Assembly (NCBI GenBank): GCA_977017575.1
Contig: CDRNVI010000163.1
Coordinates: forward strand, 134,518 to 198,517
Source: Paramoeba atlantica
Taxonomy: Eukaryota; Protista; Discosea
DNA length: 64,000 bases
Direction of reading: 5' to 3'
The translations under genes were made by a program, and so were the position numbers. Numbering within the stretch: position 1 is the first letter of the stretch; every line of letters starts with the position of its first letter. Positions 48,019 through 60,869 of the stretch are shown here, in pieces. The notes under the pieces are model-generated. The model did no database searches. It saw only the letters and a program-made list of their open reading frames with translations, and was not told the origin of the DNA.

Positions 48019-50307
48019 TTAGTTCATTGGAGCAAATGGACCAATCCCATAGTGACGAAGCATATCGCTTTGCTTCAAAATACGTTTCCTCTTCTTTTGT
48101 CGAACGGTATCGTGAAAGTAAACTTCACCACCATCCAAATTCTGTTTTTGCACAAATCTTTGAGCCATATTGAAAGCAGCCAATGGCATATACGTTGGCA
48201 CGGTGTGTCCAGCTCCTTTGACAGTTGCATAAGAATATTGATCATATTGTTCAACATAACCAACAGTCGCTCCATTCACAAACCAAGGACCCCACTCCTT
48301 TGTAAGAGTACCATCCAACTCTTTCAAGCAAAAAGTAGTATAAGGACCAGGAACAGTGGCCATATCAACATCACCAGAGTAAACAAGAACATGAACATCT
48401 GGTCTTTGGCTGAATAAACTTTGATAATAAGGAATTAAAGAGCCATGATCCGCATGGTAATGAAGAACTCCATTGTCACAAAAGTCCCAGTCACCGTTCG
48501 AAGAAACAGGAGCATGAGCGTGGATGGCTGCTTGGACATCAGATCGACTGAGATAAGTCTCCAAAGCTTGATCTCCAGTTGGTTCCTTTAAGAAAACAGA
48601 GAAACAATTTTGTTAAAAGGAGAAAGAGACAAGAAATAAAGAAACAGAGAAGAGAAAAAAAGGAAAAAATGAAAAGGAAAAAAAACAAAATTACATTCTC
48701 TTCAAGAGAAACTGCAAAATCCAAAGTACCATTTCCAGTAATAAAATCTTGAAACAAATCGTCTGTGTCGAGCGAGGGTTGTGTTCCATTGAAATGAAAA
48801 GGTCCAATTTCCTGATAAATTTTTCCAACTTCTTTGTCTGCAGTTGAATAAATGTTCTGACAAGTTTGAGAGGCGCTACTTTGAGCACAACCTGCCGGAA
48901 AGAGATTTGAGTGGTTTCCTTTTTCTTATTTTGGGAGATTGTAAAATTTTTATTTTCAAAAAAAAATCATTTATCTTGAGAAAAGAAAAGAAAAAGTTGA
49001 ACCATTTGAATTCCAATCATCAATTGTTGATTGAGAAATAAGTTGATGCCAATAGTAAATATTGATTTGGATGTCTTTTGAGTTCGTCAAACTATTACAA
49101 TCAAAAACGGGATTTCCGTTCATTGTCCCTTTAAAAATGAAAAAAAAAACAAGAGTTCAGTTTGACAAATCAATTAAGATAAATGGCAAGAGAGAAAAAG
49201 AGAGAAAAAGAGAAAAAGAGAGAAAAGGAGAGAAACAAACCAATCAACTGTTTGTAAATATTAGAATCTGGATGATTCAAAATCTGGTTTGTCAACATTG
49301 GAATATAAACTCCACCATAACTTTCACCAGCCAACCAAGTTGGACGACCAATAAAACGAGGATTTGCTTCCAAAAATCCTTCAATGAAATTGTAATTGTC
49401 AGCAGCAGCTTGGAAATCATCTACAAGAAAGAAAAAAAAAAGTTAACAAATACCGCTGAGAAAAGGAAAAGAAAAAGGAAAAGGAAAAGGAAAAGGAAAA
49501 GGAAAAGGAAAAAAAAAAGAAAAAAGAAAAGAAGAAGAGAAACCAATCGAATATTCATATCCTTGTTGACCACTATAAGAAAAACCAACAGAAGTAGGCT
49601 GCTCCAAATAAACAATATTGGCAAAAGAAGTCCATGTAATTTGAGACAAGTCAACTGTTCCATCCAAATTCACATGGAATGGGCCGTGCTCTGTGAATAA
49701 CCCTCCTAATCCACTGCATCCTGATTTTTTTGTTTTTTTGTTTTTTTGTTTTTTGTTTTGTTTTGTTTTTTGTTTTGTTTTTTGTTTTGTTTTAGAAAAA
49801 TGAGTTTGAGAAATGAGTTTTGCAAAGTTTTTCTTCTTTTATAAAAGTGCTTTTTAAGGTTTAAAAGAAATAGAAATGAGAGAGAGAGAGAGAGAGAAGA
49901 GAGAGAAACCTGGTCCTCCTTGATACCAAAAGATGAGAGGATCAGATTCTGGGGTTGGTCCTTGACTTTCAGTCAACCAATAAAAATTGTTTCGTTGGTA
50001 TGTTGTATTCACAACAACATACCCAGTCGAAGAGTTGAAAGGGAAGGGGTTTTGTCCAATGTAATCTGTGTCAAAAGAAAAGAATATTTCAGAAAAAGAA
50101 TATTTCAGAAAAAGAGTGTTTCAATTCTCTCCCCTCTCCCCCCACATTTTCAATCCAACAAAAATTTTCTTTCTTTCAATAAAAGAAAAAAGAACCAGGC
50201 AAAGTATCAGCAGTAACAGGAAAAGGACCACAAAAATCACAGTCACCACGAACACGTTCTCCCCACACAACAACAAACACCAAAAATACAACAACACTCC
50301 TCATCAT
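48019..50307 (-). CDS. Serine carboxypeptidase (peptidase S10), secreted, tandem copy A
   Basis: Signal peptide MMRSVVVFLVFVVVW; WYQGGPG; LEQPTSVGFSY; catalytic GESYGG, SGDVD and TVKGAGHTVP. Confidence 0.92.
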
Positions 50308-50509
50308 TGCGGTCCTTGTTGCGGAACAAGAAAGAAAAGTTTGGTTTTAGAAACCCAAAATTTTGTTGTCGAATGCTTTTTTTTTTTTCGATTGAAAAGA
50401 AGAATTTTCGGCAGAAAAGAAAACTTTTTATTGAACAAAACAAAGTGAGTTTTCTCAAGAAAAATAGAATATTCAAGAATTTTTTTTTATTATTCAAATG
50501 GAAAAAACA

Positions 50510-52534
50510 TTAGTTCCTGGAAGCAAATGGACCAATCCCATAATGACGAAGCATATCGCTTTGTCTCAAGACCCTCTTCTTTTGTCGAACGGTATCGTGG
50601 AAGTAAACTTCACCACCATCCAAATTCTGTTTTTGCAAAAATCTTTGAGCCATATTGATCGAAGCCAATGGCATATACCCTGGAACAGTATGTCCAGCTC
50701 CTTTGACAGTTGCATAAGTATATTGATCAAATTGCTCAACATAACCAACAGTCGCTCCATTCACAAACCAAGGACCCCACTCCTGTGTAAGAGTACCATC
50801 CAACTCTTGCAAGCAAGTAGTAGTATATTGACCAGGAACAGTTGCAACATCAACATCACCACTGTAGACCAAAATATGAACATCAGGTCTTTGGCTGATC
50901 AAAGTTTGATAGTAAGGGATCATTGATCCTGCGTTACGAGCATAGACGAGAATGTCACACTCTTGCCATTCCCCACTTCGGGCAACAGGGGCATGGGCAT
51001 GGAGGGCTGCTTGGACATCAGATCTGCTGAGATAAGTTTGCAAAGCTTCGTCGCCAGTTGGGAGCTTTAAGAAAACAAAAAAAAAAATATTTAGAGAAAG
51101 AAAAAAAAAAGAAAAGAAAGAAAGAATAATAAAAAAAAAATTACATTCTCTTCAAGAGAGACAGCCCAATTCAAAGTACCATTTTCGGTGATAAAATCTT
51201 GATACAAATCATCAGTATCAAGAGAAGGTTGAGTTCCATTGAAGGAAAAATCTCCAATTTCTTGATAAATTTGTCCGACTTGACTTTGAGCTTCTGTGTA
51301 AAGTCTTTCGCAGTGGGTGGTGAAAGTCTCGGCACAACCTACCAAACAAATATTAATTTTAAAAAAGAAAAAAGAAAAAAGAAAAAAGAAAAAAGAAAAA
51401 AAGAAAAAAGAAAAAAGAAAAGAAAGAAAAGAAAATTGGACCAGCTTCATTCCAGTTATCGATGGCAGATTGAGAAATAAGTTGATGCCAATAGTAAATA
51501 TTAATTTGGAGGTCCTTTGACTTCAAAGAATCGCAGTCAAAAACGGGGTTGCCATTCATGGTTCCTTTGATAAGCAAAAACAAATAAGTACAATCCAAAA
51601 AAAAGAGAGTTGGAATTTTTTTTTTTGCAAAAAAAATAATCACAAAGAAAAAGAAGAAAAAAAAAACCAGCAAATTGTTTGTAAATGTTAGAGTCTGGGT
51701 GATTGACGATTTGGCTCGACAACATTGGGATATAAACTCCACCATAACTTTCACCAGCCAACCAAGTTTCACGACCAATAAAACGAGGATTTGCTTCCAA
51801 AAATCCCTCAACAAAGTTGAAATTGTCAGCAGCAGCTTGGAAATCACCTTCACACACAAAAAAATATCAGAAAGAGAGATCATGTGAGAGAGAGAGAGAT
51901 AAGACAAAAAAATCAAAATTTTACCTGTATGGTAATTATATCCTTCCTCGTTACTGAAAGAGTAACCAACACCTGTTGGTTGTTCCAAGAAAACAATATT
52001 GGCAAAGGAATTCCAGGTCATGTCAGCCAAGTCGACAGTTCCATCGAGATTCACTCGGAAAGGACCGTTTTCTTGGAACATACCACTCAAACCACTGCAT
52101 CCTGTTGAGAGAGACAATTTTAAAAAGAGTTATCGAAGAACAAGAAAAAAGAAACAAAAAAGAAAATGAGAAGAGGAGAAAAGAAACCTGGTCCTCCTTG
52201 GAACCAAAAGATGAGGGGATCAGATTCTGGGGTTGGTCCTTGACTTTCAGTCAACCAATAAAAGTTATTGCGTTGATGGGTGGTATTAACCACAACATAC
52301 CCAGTGGAACTGTTGAAGGGGAAGGGGTTTTGTCCAATGTAACCTGGGATAAAAAGTTTCAGTTTCAGTTTCTCTGTTTCAGAAAAGGGAAAGATTGAAA
52401 AGAATGAAAGAGGAGGGCAAACTAGGCAAAGTATCTGCAGTGACAGGATAAGGACCACAGAAATCACAAGCACCACTGACAACTTCTCCCCACACCGCAA
52501 ACACCACAAAGATCGCAAGACCCTTTGAAATCAT
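50510..52534 (-). CDS. Serine carboxypeptidase (peptidase S10), secreted, tandem copy B
   Basis: Same exon layout as copy A: WFQGGPG|CSGLSGMFQENGPF, LEQPTGVGFSF-like motif, GESYGG, SGDVD and TVKGAGHTVP. Confidence 0.92.
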
Positions 52535-53250
52535 TCGATTTTTGGGAAAAAGCAAAAAAGAAAAAAGAAGAAAAGCGGAGAATTTTTTGGATTTGTCATT
52601 AGGTGCTTTTGAAAAAAATACTTTTTCTCAATTAACTGATTTTCCAATAAAAAGAATGAAATTTTTTTAATCAAAACCGTCCCAAAATTCCTTTCAACTT
52701 CTATTTTTCACAACTTTTTTCGGGTGGTCATTTTTGCAAAAAAACCCGACAGCGTCGTGAAATTTCAAAGAGGGACCTAAAAGATCATTTTTTGATTTTT
52801 TGGGAGTAAGAAAAAAAAAGGCAAGAAACTTCCAAAAGGACCCAAAGAAGGATTTTGTGCCTTTCTTTGAAGGAAGCATCATCACTCATTCCTCCGAAAA
52901 GAATTGAAGACGTTTGTTGGAAGAGAGAGAGAGAGAAGAGTTCGTTCAGTTTCCAAACTTCACACTCCAAATCAACAATTCTTTGGTTTGGAAAAGTTCA
53001 AAAAAAGAAATCTCAAAAAAATCCGAAAAAGGAAAGGAAAGGAAATTTTTGTTTGTTGTTTGGGTTGCGAACATGATGCTGAGCACCTCAATGCTTTGCC
53101 ATTCCCCTCGCCACTCATCATTCCCTCCCTTCCCCCAACCCCCCAACCCCCCCAAAACCCTCTCACAATTCTCGCAAACCAAAACGGGAGAGTTGTTGCT
53201 AACTTTTTTTTTCTTTTGTCATTTGTTTGAGCACAACTTCTTTTCTCGAG

Positions 53251-54711
53251 ATGGCGAATGATATGTGTATGAGTTTGCAGCGTTCTGTTTCTTCTTCCCC
53301 TTATTTTCTGGACCTTTCAAATCGTACAGTTGGTGTGGTGGAGAGAAATGACCAATTAATGATGGAGGGGTACCTTTTGTTCAATTCTGGATTCGGAACG
53401 TACCTGATTGATGAAGATGGGAGAGTTGTTCACGAATGGGTTTCTCAAATGAAAGTCTTCACTTCTAAATTGGCTGAAAATGGAAATTTGTTACGCGATG
53501 GTTCTGAAGTGGCTGATGCTCCTCTCTTTCAAACTGGTGGTGCAGCTGGTTCTGTTGAAGTTGTGACTTGGGAGAATGAGGTAATTTGGAGGTATCGTTT
53601 TGAACCGTTTCATATGTTTCTCAGTCATCACACAGTTGATTTTCTGCCCAATGGGAACGTGTTGGCACTCGTTTGGAAGCGCATTGTAAAGGATGAAGCG
53701 ATAGAGATGGGACGACGACCTGAGTATTTACCTGACGGAGAGTTTTGGGATAATCAAGTTGTGGAGTTGGAACCAATCCCTAAAAATAAGACAGCCAAAC
53801 CTGTTTGGGTGTGGTCTGCAGTTGATCATCTTATCCAAGATTATCATCCCAAAAAGTCTAATTTTGGTTCTGTTCCTAATCATCCTGAGTTGTTGGATGT
53901 GAATGCCTGCCCTGTTGGGGGTAAAGCGGGACAGCGAAACATTTCAAATCGATCAGGGAAAACTGGAGAAAAAGATTGGTTACATGTTAATTCTCTTTCT
54001 TATGATCCTGTTCGAGATCAGATCCTTTTATCTTTCAATATTATGGGTGAAATTGTGATCATTGATCACAGTACAACAACCTCTCAAGCGGCAGGACACA
54101 CTGAAGGGAAACAAGGAAAAGGAGGAGATATTTTGTATCGATGGGGAAATCCGATGTATTGTCAATTGGGTTCATCATCCGACCGCAAACTCTATGGTCA
54201 ACATTCTCCTGTTTTTATTCGAGATACTAATACACCAAGTGATGGAAATATTCTTTTGTTTAACAATGGGAGGGTTCCAGATCGAGAATGGAGCACAATC
54301 GATGAAATCCAACTCCCTGAATCAAGTCCCAATTCAGGAAATTATGAAAGGGAAGAAGGAAAATATTTTGGGCCGAATGGTTTTGTCTGGAGTTATGGTT
54401 CTTCGAAAGGACGGAAAGATTCTTTTTATTGTTCCCATATCTCTTCTTGTCAACGTCTTAGTAATGGCAATACTTTGATTACTTGTGGGACTGACGGGAT
54501 TGTTTTTGAAATCACTCCAAACAAACAGGAGGTGTGGAGGTACATTATTCCGTTATTGACAACTTCAGGAGGTGACACTGTTCTTCAAACAACTCGCCAA
54601 GGACAACAACGATCTGGACCAGCAAAAACCTTTCAAACAACAAAATACCCCAGAGACTATCCCGCTTTCAAAGGCAGATCTTTAATCCCATACAAGTACC
54701 TTGAAGCTTAA
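53251..54711 (+). CDS. Bacterial-type aryl-sulfate sulfotransferase (ASST, PAPS-independent beta-propeller family), intronless
   Basis: Motifs SHHTVDFLPNGNVL, DWLHVNSLSY, IIDHSTTT...GKGGDILYRWGNP, LYGQHSP, ILLFNNG and HISSCQRLSNGNTLITCG. First ATG is at 53251. Confidence 0.88.
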   Translation: MANDMCMSLQRSVSSSPYFLDLSNRTVGVVERNDQLMMEGYLLFNSGFGTYLIDEDGRVVHEWVSQMKVFTSKLAENGNLLRDGSEVADAPLFQTGGAAGSVEVVTWENEVIWRYRFEPFHMFLSHHTVDFLPNGNVLALVWKRIVKDEAIEMGRRPEYLPDGEFWDNQVVELEPIPKNKTAKPVWVWSAVDHLIQDYHPKKSNFGSVPNHPELLDVNACPVGGKAGQRNISNRSGKTGEKDWLHVNSLSYDPVRDQILLSFNIMGEIVIIDHSTTTSQAAGHTEGKQGKGGDILYRWGNPMYCQLGSSSDRKLYGQHSPVFIRDTNTPSDGNILLFNNGRVPDREWSTIDEIQLPESSPNSGNYEREEGKYFGPNGFVWSYGSSKGRKDSFYCSHISSCQRLSNGNTLITCGTDGIVFEITPNKQEVWRYIIPLLTTSGGDTVLQTTRQGQQRSGPAKTFQTTKYPRDYPAFKGRSLIPYKYLEA

Positions 54712-54759
54712 AGGTTCTCTTTTAAACTTTAAAATCTTCCTTTTGGAATCGCCAACCTG

Positions 54760-57700
54760 TTTTTTTTTTTCAGTAATAAAAATAATCCTCTTTTTTTTTC
54801 TAATATTTTTTCAAAGAAAAAGTTTTTTTTTCAATCTCTTCCTTTCCGGGGATGGAAGTTTTGTGAAGACTTGAGCGAAGAATCATCGAGGTGTTCAAGG
54901 AAACAAAATGAGTTCTTATTTAAGGTAAATATTTATGGAGGTTGAAAATTTGGAAATTTTGTTGTTAATAATTAGGTTATTTGGAATTGATGGTTTGAGT
55001 CTCTTCAAACCACCCTTCTTTTAAGAAAAACAGATAATATTTCAGCACGATTTTTCTCTTGCAAAGCTCCAAGGTTTGAGCCAATAACTGAGCAACAGCG
55101 ACTTCCACCGAAGACTCAAAGAGTTGATTCGAAAAGTTTCTTCCAAAGATCATTCGCAAGAGGGGGGATGAACCGAAAAAGTTAGTAATCCGGCGGACAC
55201 GTTGTGCGTGATCGGAGCGAGTGTGCTCTCTTTCGTTCTCTTCTTTTTCTGACGAACCGAGCAATTAAGCCCCACATTTTGTTTTCAGAAGGCGTTGAGG
55301 GAAATCAATTCGTTTTCGTTGTTTGGAATTTTGTGTTCTCCGTTTTCCAACAACAAGAGACAAAGGTGGCGTGACGCAATCTCAGAAAAAAGAATGCCTT
55401 TTTACAATTATGCTCGGTTGAATTGGAGCAGAATTTACTTTTCGAACACAAAAAACTTTCAGGAGATCGAAAAATAAAACGAAATTTCATTCAAATCTTA
55501 AGGTCTCCTTCTGCGAAAAGACAATTTTTTTGCGGTGTTGTTTTTACGTCAACCTTGTTTTTTTTGCGGGAGACTTCGAGGGTGCAACAAAATTAGAAAA
55601 GTACTTGATTTTTTTTTAGTTTCTCGAGTTTTGTTCAATCGGAGAACACAAAGTTCACAAAGGGAATTTTCTTCTTCCAGATTCATCCCAAAAATAATTT
55701 TTCGAAAAGAGGTTTGCCACACACAATAAAGTTTGTTTTTTTAATATTTTTTAATGATTAAAATTCATTCAGAGCTTCGCAAATAGAATGAGGTTGAGAT
55801 AACCTCAAGTATTTAGCCAATCAAATCTTCTTTTTGAAGAAAATTGAACACTTCTCCAGTTTTTTCTCTTCCTCAGAGAAAAAAAAGAGAAATTTCGATT
55901 TTTTCTTCGAGCTTCTCGAGGTTCAGTCGACACTGAACAACAACGAATCCCACCCATCGAAGAATTTCGTCGAGTTGGTTCAAGTTTCTTCAAAAGATGA
56001 TGATTTGCGAGTTATTGGTGGGATTGTGCGGATTGTCTCCTTCGTTCTCTTCTTTTTCTGACCAATCGAGCAATTAAGATCCACATTTTGTTTTCGTTTT
56101 TTCGATCAAAGGAAGATTTCCAAGTTCAAGTAGTTGATGAGGGAATTTGAGTTTCGTTTTCCGTTTTTTGTTTTTTGCTTTCTTTTTTTCGAAAAGTTGA
56201 TCGACGTGTGACGACACACAACCCCAGAACCACACTAAAAATCGAAGAACAAACATTGAAAATCAAACGAAATTTCATTCAAATCTTTAAAATTTTAAGG
56301 ACCCCTTCTGCGAAAAGGATTTTTTTGGGTCGCTTCTTTCGTTGTGGTGAGGGACTTTGAAGAGAACCCCACAACAAATTTGAGAAGTGCTTGGACTGAG
56401 AATCTGTGGATTATCCTCTTTTGAAAAGAGATTTAGAGTGTAAATCACTCTTCAAATGAATGTTGTTGTTTGTTGTACAGAACCACAACATCACAAAGTT
56501 TTTTTTTTAGTTTCTCCGGTTTTGTTGAATTGGAGAACAAAGTTCACAAAGGGAATTTTCTTCTCCAGATTCATCCCAAAAATAATTTTTCGAAAAGAGG
56601 TTTGACACAATAAAGTTTGTTTTTTTAATTTTTTTTTTTAATGATTAAAATTCATTCAGAGGTTCACAAAGATAATGAGGTTGAGATAACCTCAAGTATT
56701 TAGTCAATCAAATTTTCTTTTTGAAGAAAATCGAACAATTCTCGAGTTTTCTCTCTTCCTCAGAGAAAAATCAAGAGAAAATTTCGATTTTTTCTTCGAG
56801 CTTCTTGAGGTTCAGTCGACACTGAACAACAACGAATCCCACCCATCGAAGAATTTCGTCGAGTTGGTTCAAGTTTCTTCAAAAAGATGAGCATTTGCGA
56901 GTTATTGATGGGATTGTGCAGATTGTCTCCTTCGTTCTCTTCTTTTTCTGACCAATCGAGCAACTAAGATCCACATTTTGTTTTCGTTTTTTCGATCAAA
57001 GGAAGATTTCCAAGTTCAAGTAGTTGATGAGGGAATTTGAGTTTCGTTTTCCGTTTTTTGTTTTTTGTTTTCTGAGTTTTTCGAAAAGTTGATCGACGTG
57101 TGACGACACACAACCCCAGAACCACACAACTATTCGAAGAACAAACATCGAAAATCAAACGAAATTTCATTCAAATCTTTAAAATTTTAAGGACCCCTTC
57201 TGCGAAAAGGATTTTTTTTGGGTCGCTTCTTTTGTTGTGGTGAGGGACTTTGAAGAGAACCCCACAACAAATTTGAGAAGGACTTGCACTGAGGACCTGT
57301 GGATTATCCTTTTTTGAAAAGAGATTTTTGAGGTGTAATCTTCAAAATGATTGCTGTTGTTTGTTGTACAGAACCACAACATCAAAATGTTTTTTTTTTT
57401 TTAGTTTCTCCGGTTTTGTTGAATTGGAGAACAAAGTTCACAAAGGGGAATTTTCTTCTCCAGATTCATCCCAAAAATAATTTTTTAAAAAGAGGTTTGA
57501 CACAAATTTTGTTTTTTTAATTTTTTTTTTAATGATTAAAATTCATTCAGAGGTTCACAAAGATAATGAGGTTGAGATAACCTCAAGTATTTAGTCAATC
57601 AAATCTTCTTTTTAAAGAAAATTGAACACTTCTCCAGTTTTTCTCTCTTCCTCAGAGAAAAAATCAAGAGAAAATTTCGTTTTTTTCTTCGAGCTTCTTG

Positions 57701-58070
57701 AGGTTCAGTCGACATTGAACAACAACGAATCCCACCGAAGAATTTCGTCGAGTTGGTTCACGTTTCTTCAAAAAGAATCATTTGCAAGTTATTGATGGGG
57801 TTGTGCAGATTGTCTCCTTCGTTCTCTTCTTTTTCTGACCAATCGAGCAACTAAGATCCACATTTTGTTTTCGTTTTTTCGATCAAAGGAAGATTTCCAA
57901 GTTCAAGTAGTTGATGAGGGAATTTGAATTTCGTTTTCCGGTTTTTTGTTTTTTGTTTTCTGAGTTTTTTGAAAAGTTGATCGAACGTGACGACACACAA
58001 CCCCAGAACCACACAACTATTCGAAGAACAAAAATCGAAAATCAAACGAAATTTCATTCAAATCTCGAAA
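54760..58070. repeat. Tandem array of an approximately 890-bp unit (3 recognisable units plus a strongly diverged left copy)
   Basis: The landmark GAAATTTCATTCAAATC recurs at 55481, 56269, 57161 and 58048 (periods 788, 892 and 887). TTCGTTCTCTTCTTTTTCTGA recurs at about 55232, 56041, 56931 and 57818. Confidence 0.92.
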
Positions 58071-58306
58071 GAAAAGAATTAGGGCGCCAAATCAAGCAAG
58101 ATTGAATCAAGAGTTGCGTCTTTTTTGTTCAAAATCAATCAATTCTCTTTGATGCCAGAGGCTTGTATCAACACAAACCACTGACCAAAAAGATAAATTG
58201 TATGGCACCAAGATTGATCACATTCATTATTAATTTATTTCCAAAATAGTTATTTTTTTTCTTTCTTTCATTTTTCAAGGAGAAGAGAGAGGGAAAAATG
58301 GAATTT

Positions 58307-60524
58307 TTACAACGAAAAAAAGAGTTGAGATGACACCCCGGTTAGTAAAATGTCAATTCCCTATTTTACACAAGTGTGAATGAGTGTTTCAGTTTTCAAG
58401 AAAATCTTTTCATGACAATATTATGAAACAAAATTACCTGAAGAACCAAGTAGATCACAATCAACGTTCCAGCATCGGAAAGTTTTGGAATCAAATCCAT
58501 AACACGCAAACCCATTCCAATACTGACAAAAGAACAAGTATTAAACCAAGAAGAGAGTTGAAAGACATGGTGAAAGACTCCAGGTCGATACTCTTCTGGG
58601 ACAAGGAAATTGAACATCATATTTGTGATGACGAATCCGATCACAAATTTTGGAGCGAGTTCCCAAGCTTGAAGACAAAGTTTTTTCACAAGCCCTTCTT
58701 CTTCTTCTTCTTCTTCTTCTTCTTCTTCTCTTTCTTCTTCTACTCCTTCTGCTTCTTCTGCTCTCCCCTCTTCTTCTCCTTCTCCTTCCCTCTTCTCTTT
58801 ACCTCTTCTCTCTTCCCTTTCCTCAAGACCCACTCCGTCCATCTGTTTTTCCTCATCTTTTTTCAGTGAGTTCTCTTGTTCTTTCCTTTTTCCTTCTCTC
58901 CAGAGCCAAAAAAACGCCACACCAACAGAAATGGGACAAATCATCACATTTTGCATCATTTTGGTCAGTGAACTTGTTTCAAACCCAATAATTCCATCTT
59001 CTAATTCATCAGCCCCCGTCAAATAAATATCGGCGGCACTAATAACAGCTCCGGTTGAGTCAATAGATCCACCGAACCATCCACCAGAGACTTCTGGTGC
59101 TATGGAGAGCTTTTGTGCAATTAGTGGGAGTGAAACGAGGGCTGGGATTGTAAACAAGCTTGAAATTGCGATAGGAATGTCTGTTAAATCTTTTTTACCC
59201 ACAACTGTTGCTATCGATAATGCAGCTGCTGTTCCGCAGATTGTTGTAGCCCCCGTTAAAATAAGAATTTCTGTTCAGAATTTTAAGTATTCTTATAATA
59301 AGTGTTTTTACTTAATTTCATTGTTTCAAAATGAAAATAATCTGATTCAAACCTTCGAGAGGATAGGAGCTTTTACAATTGGGAGCATAAACAAGATAAC
59401 CCAAAAAAGAACCCAAGACAAAAATAAGTGTTGTATCTATCGATGCAACTGCAATCGCAGGTCCAGTATACTTTATGTGGATTTATTTTCTTAATATTAT
59501 TCTTTTTCAAAGAAAGGGAAAGAAAAAATAGATCTTTTTTTGAGAAAAAGTTTTGAGAAAAACTTACCTTACTCAGAGAAGTAAAATCAAAACATAAAAG
59601 AACAAGAGAGATGGAAATATAAAGTGATGTTCGCAAGCCAATTAAAACTGGAGCTGGTGTATCCTTCTTTCTTTTCCAAAAGATATTCATCACCACGAAA
59701 CCTAGAATAATTTAATAATTTAATTTCAAAAAAATATTATCACCTTAGAAAAAAAAGATTGATCAGTGAGAAAAAATTTCAACAAAAAAAAAACCAAGGA
59801 TGATAGCAAAAACTGAAGATCCAAGTTTCAGTTTCGATAAATAAACATTTGTTGCCAATAGCTTTGCCAAAATAGTCAGAAAAAACACCAAACTGAAACC
59901 AACAGGAAAATATTTCCACCCTGGGGTCGACAAACAAAAAAGAGAAAACCACATTGCTAGACACATAAGAATCCCCAAGAGAGGAAGGAAGAGATCATTT
60001 GAATCAAACGCTGCAAGGGGGTTGAATTGCCAACTCGAAAGAGAGGGCATTTTGAAATAGAAACCACGTGATGAGACGGATGTTTCCTCCGTTTCAACCT
60101 CAATAATCGCCATTGGGGAATTAAAGCCAATTTCAAGAAGACAGAAAAGCAAAAAGAAAACCCAACCAATCCAGACACTCCACCAATCACCATTGTTCCA
60201 CCAAGAGGGGGAACTCTTCTTTTCTTCACTCGGGGCAGTGGGGCTATTGCTCCTCTCTTCCTCTCCAGGAAGATTTGTCCCAACTTCTTCTTCGGAAATG
60301 GGCTCCGATTCTCGTTGGTTCGCTCTTTCGCTTTCTAGGAGTTCCTTCATCCCGCCGAGATGAATCATCACTGTCTTTTGAGGACAATCTCCGTTTTCTC
60401 CCACAGATAGTCCTTCTTCTTCGGACATGTTCTCCTTCTTGTTCATCATCCCAATATCCTCCTCATCACTTTTTTCTCCAAGATCAAGACCAACCTCTTT
60501 GAATTCTTTCCCTCCATCCGCCAT
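58307..60524 (-). CDS. YeiH/UPF0324 (putative sulfate exporter, PSE) family transporter, multi-exon
   Basis: DWWSVWIG, GFSLVFFLTILAKLLA, ICGTAAALSIA, GGWFGGSIDSTGAVISAA, TKMMQNVMI, PKFVIGF and FVSIGM. The final exon GIDILLTGVSSQLFFSL* ends at 58307. Confidence 0.88.
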
Positions 60525-60617
60525 CTCTCGCGTTCCGCCCAAAAGGAGAGAGAGAAAAACAGAAGGAAGTAAATTGCAAACCAAAGAAAAGAAAAAGTGA
60601 AAATGCTAAAAAACGTT

Positions 60618-60869
60618 TCCACGAATGATTCGTGGAGCCATTTTACGTCGGAAATGGGACAAACCAAAACACGCTTTTTACTTTTTCAAATATTTTTCGA
60701 AAATTTTTGTTCTTGGTCGGTTTTTTCATGGTCGAAAAAGACCAAAAACACATTTTATAAACTCAAAATGATTTTTGAGGTTCCATTCTGTTTTTTGTGA
60801 CAACCCAAATTTTTCTCGAAAGGGGTGGTTCGAAGAAAATTTATGACTTTTTTTCCGAAATTTTCGGAA
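60618..60869. promoter_or_regulatory. Two odd-spaced palindromes upstream of the PSE gene
   Basis: TCCACGAAT-G-ATTCGTGGA (60618-60636) and TTCCGAAA-T-TTTCGGAA (60853-60869). Confidence 0.4.

Noticed and set aside
50068-50115. 17-bp direct duplication (AAAAGAATATTTCAGAA) in a carboxypeptidase intron
   Set aside because: Ordinary slippage that does not include a splice site.
56647-57148. 167-codon minus-strand frame in the repeat unit interrupted only by four TGA codons (possible recoding or alternative code)
   Set aside because: The frame is broken by indels in the other units, the product resembles nothing recognisable, and TGA is an ordinary stop in neighbouring genes.
54760-58070. CRISPR, rRNA, tRNA or Helitron interpretation of the tandem array
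   Set aside because: There is no short repeat-spacer structure, no rRNA or tRNA motifs, and no TC...hairpin-CTRR termini that I could identify.
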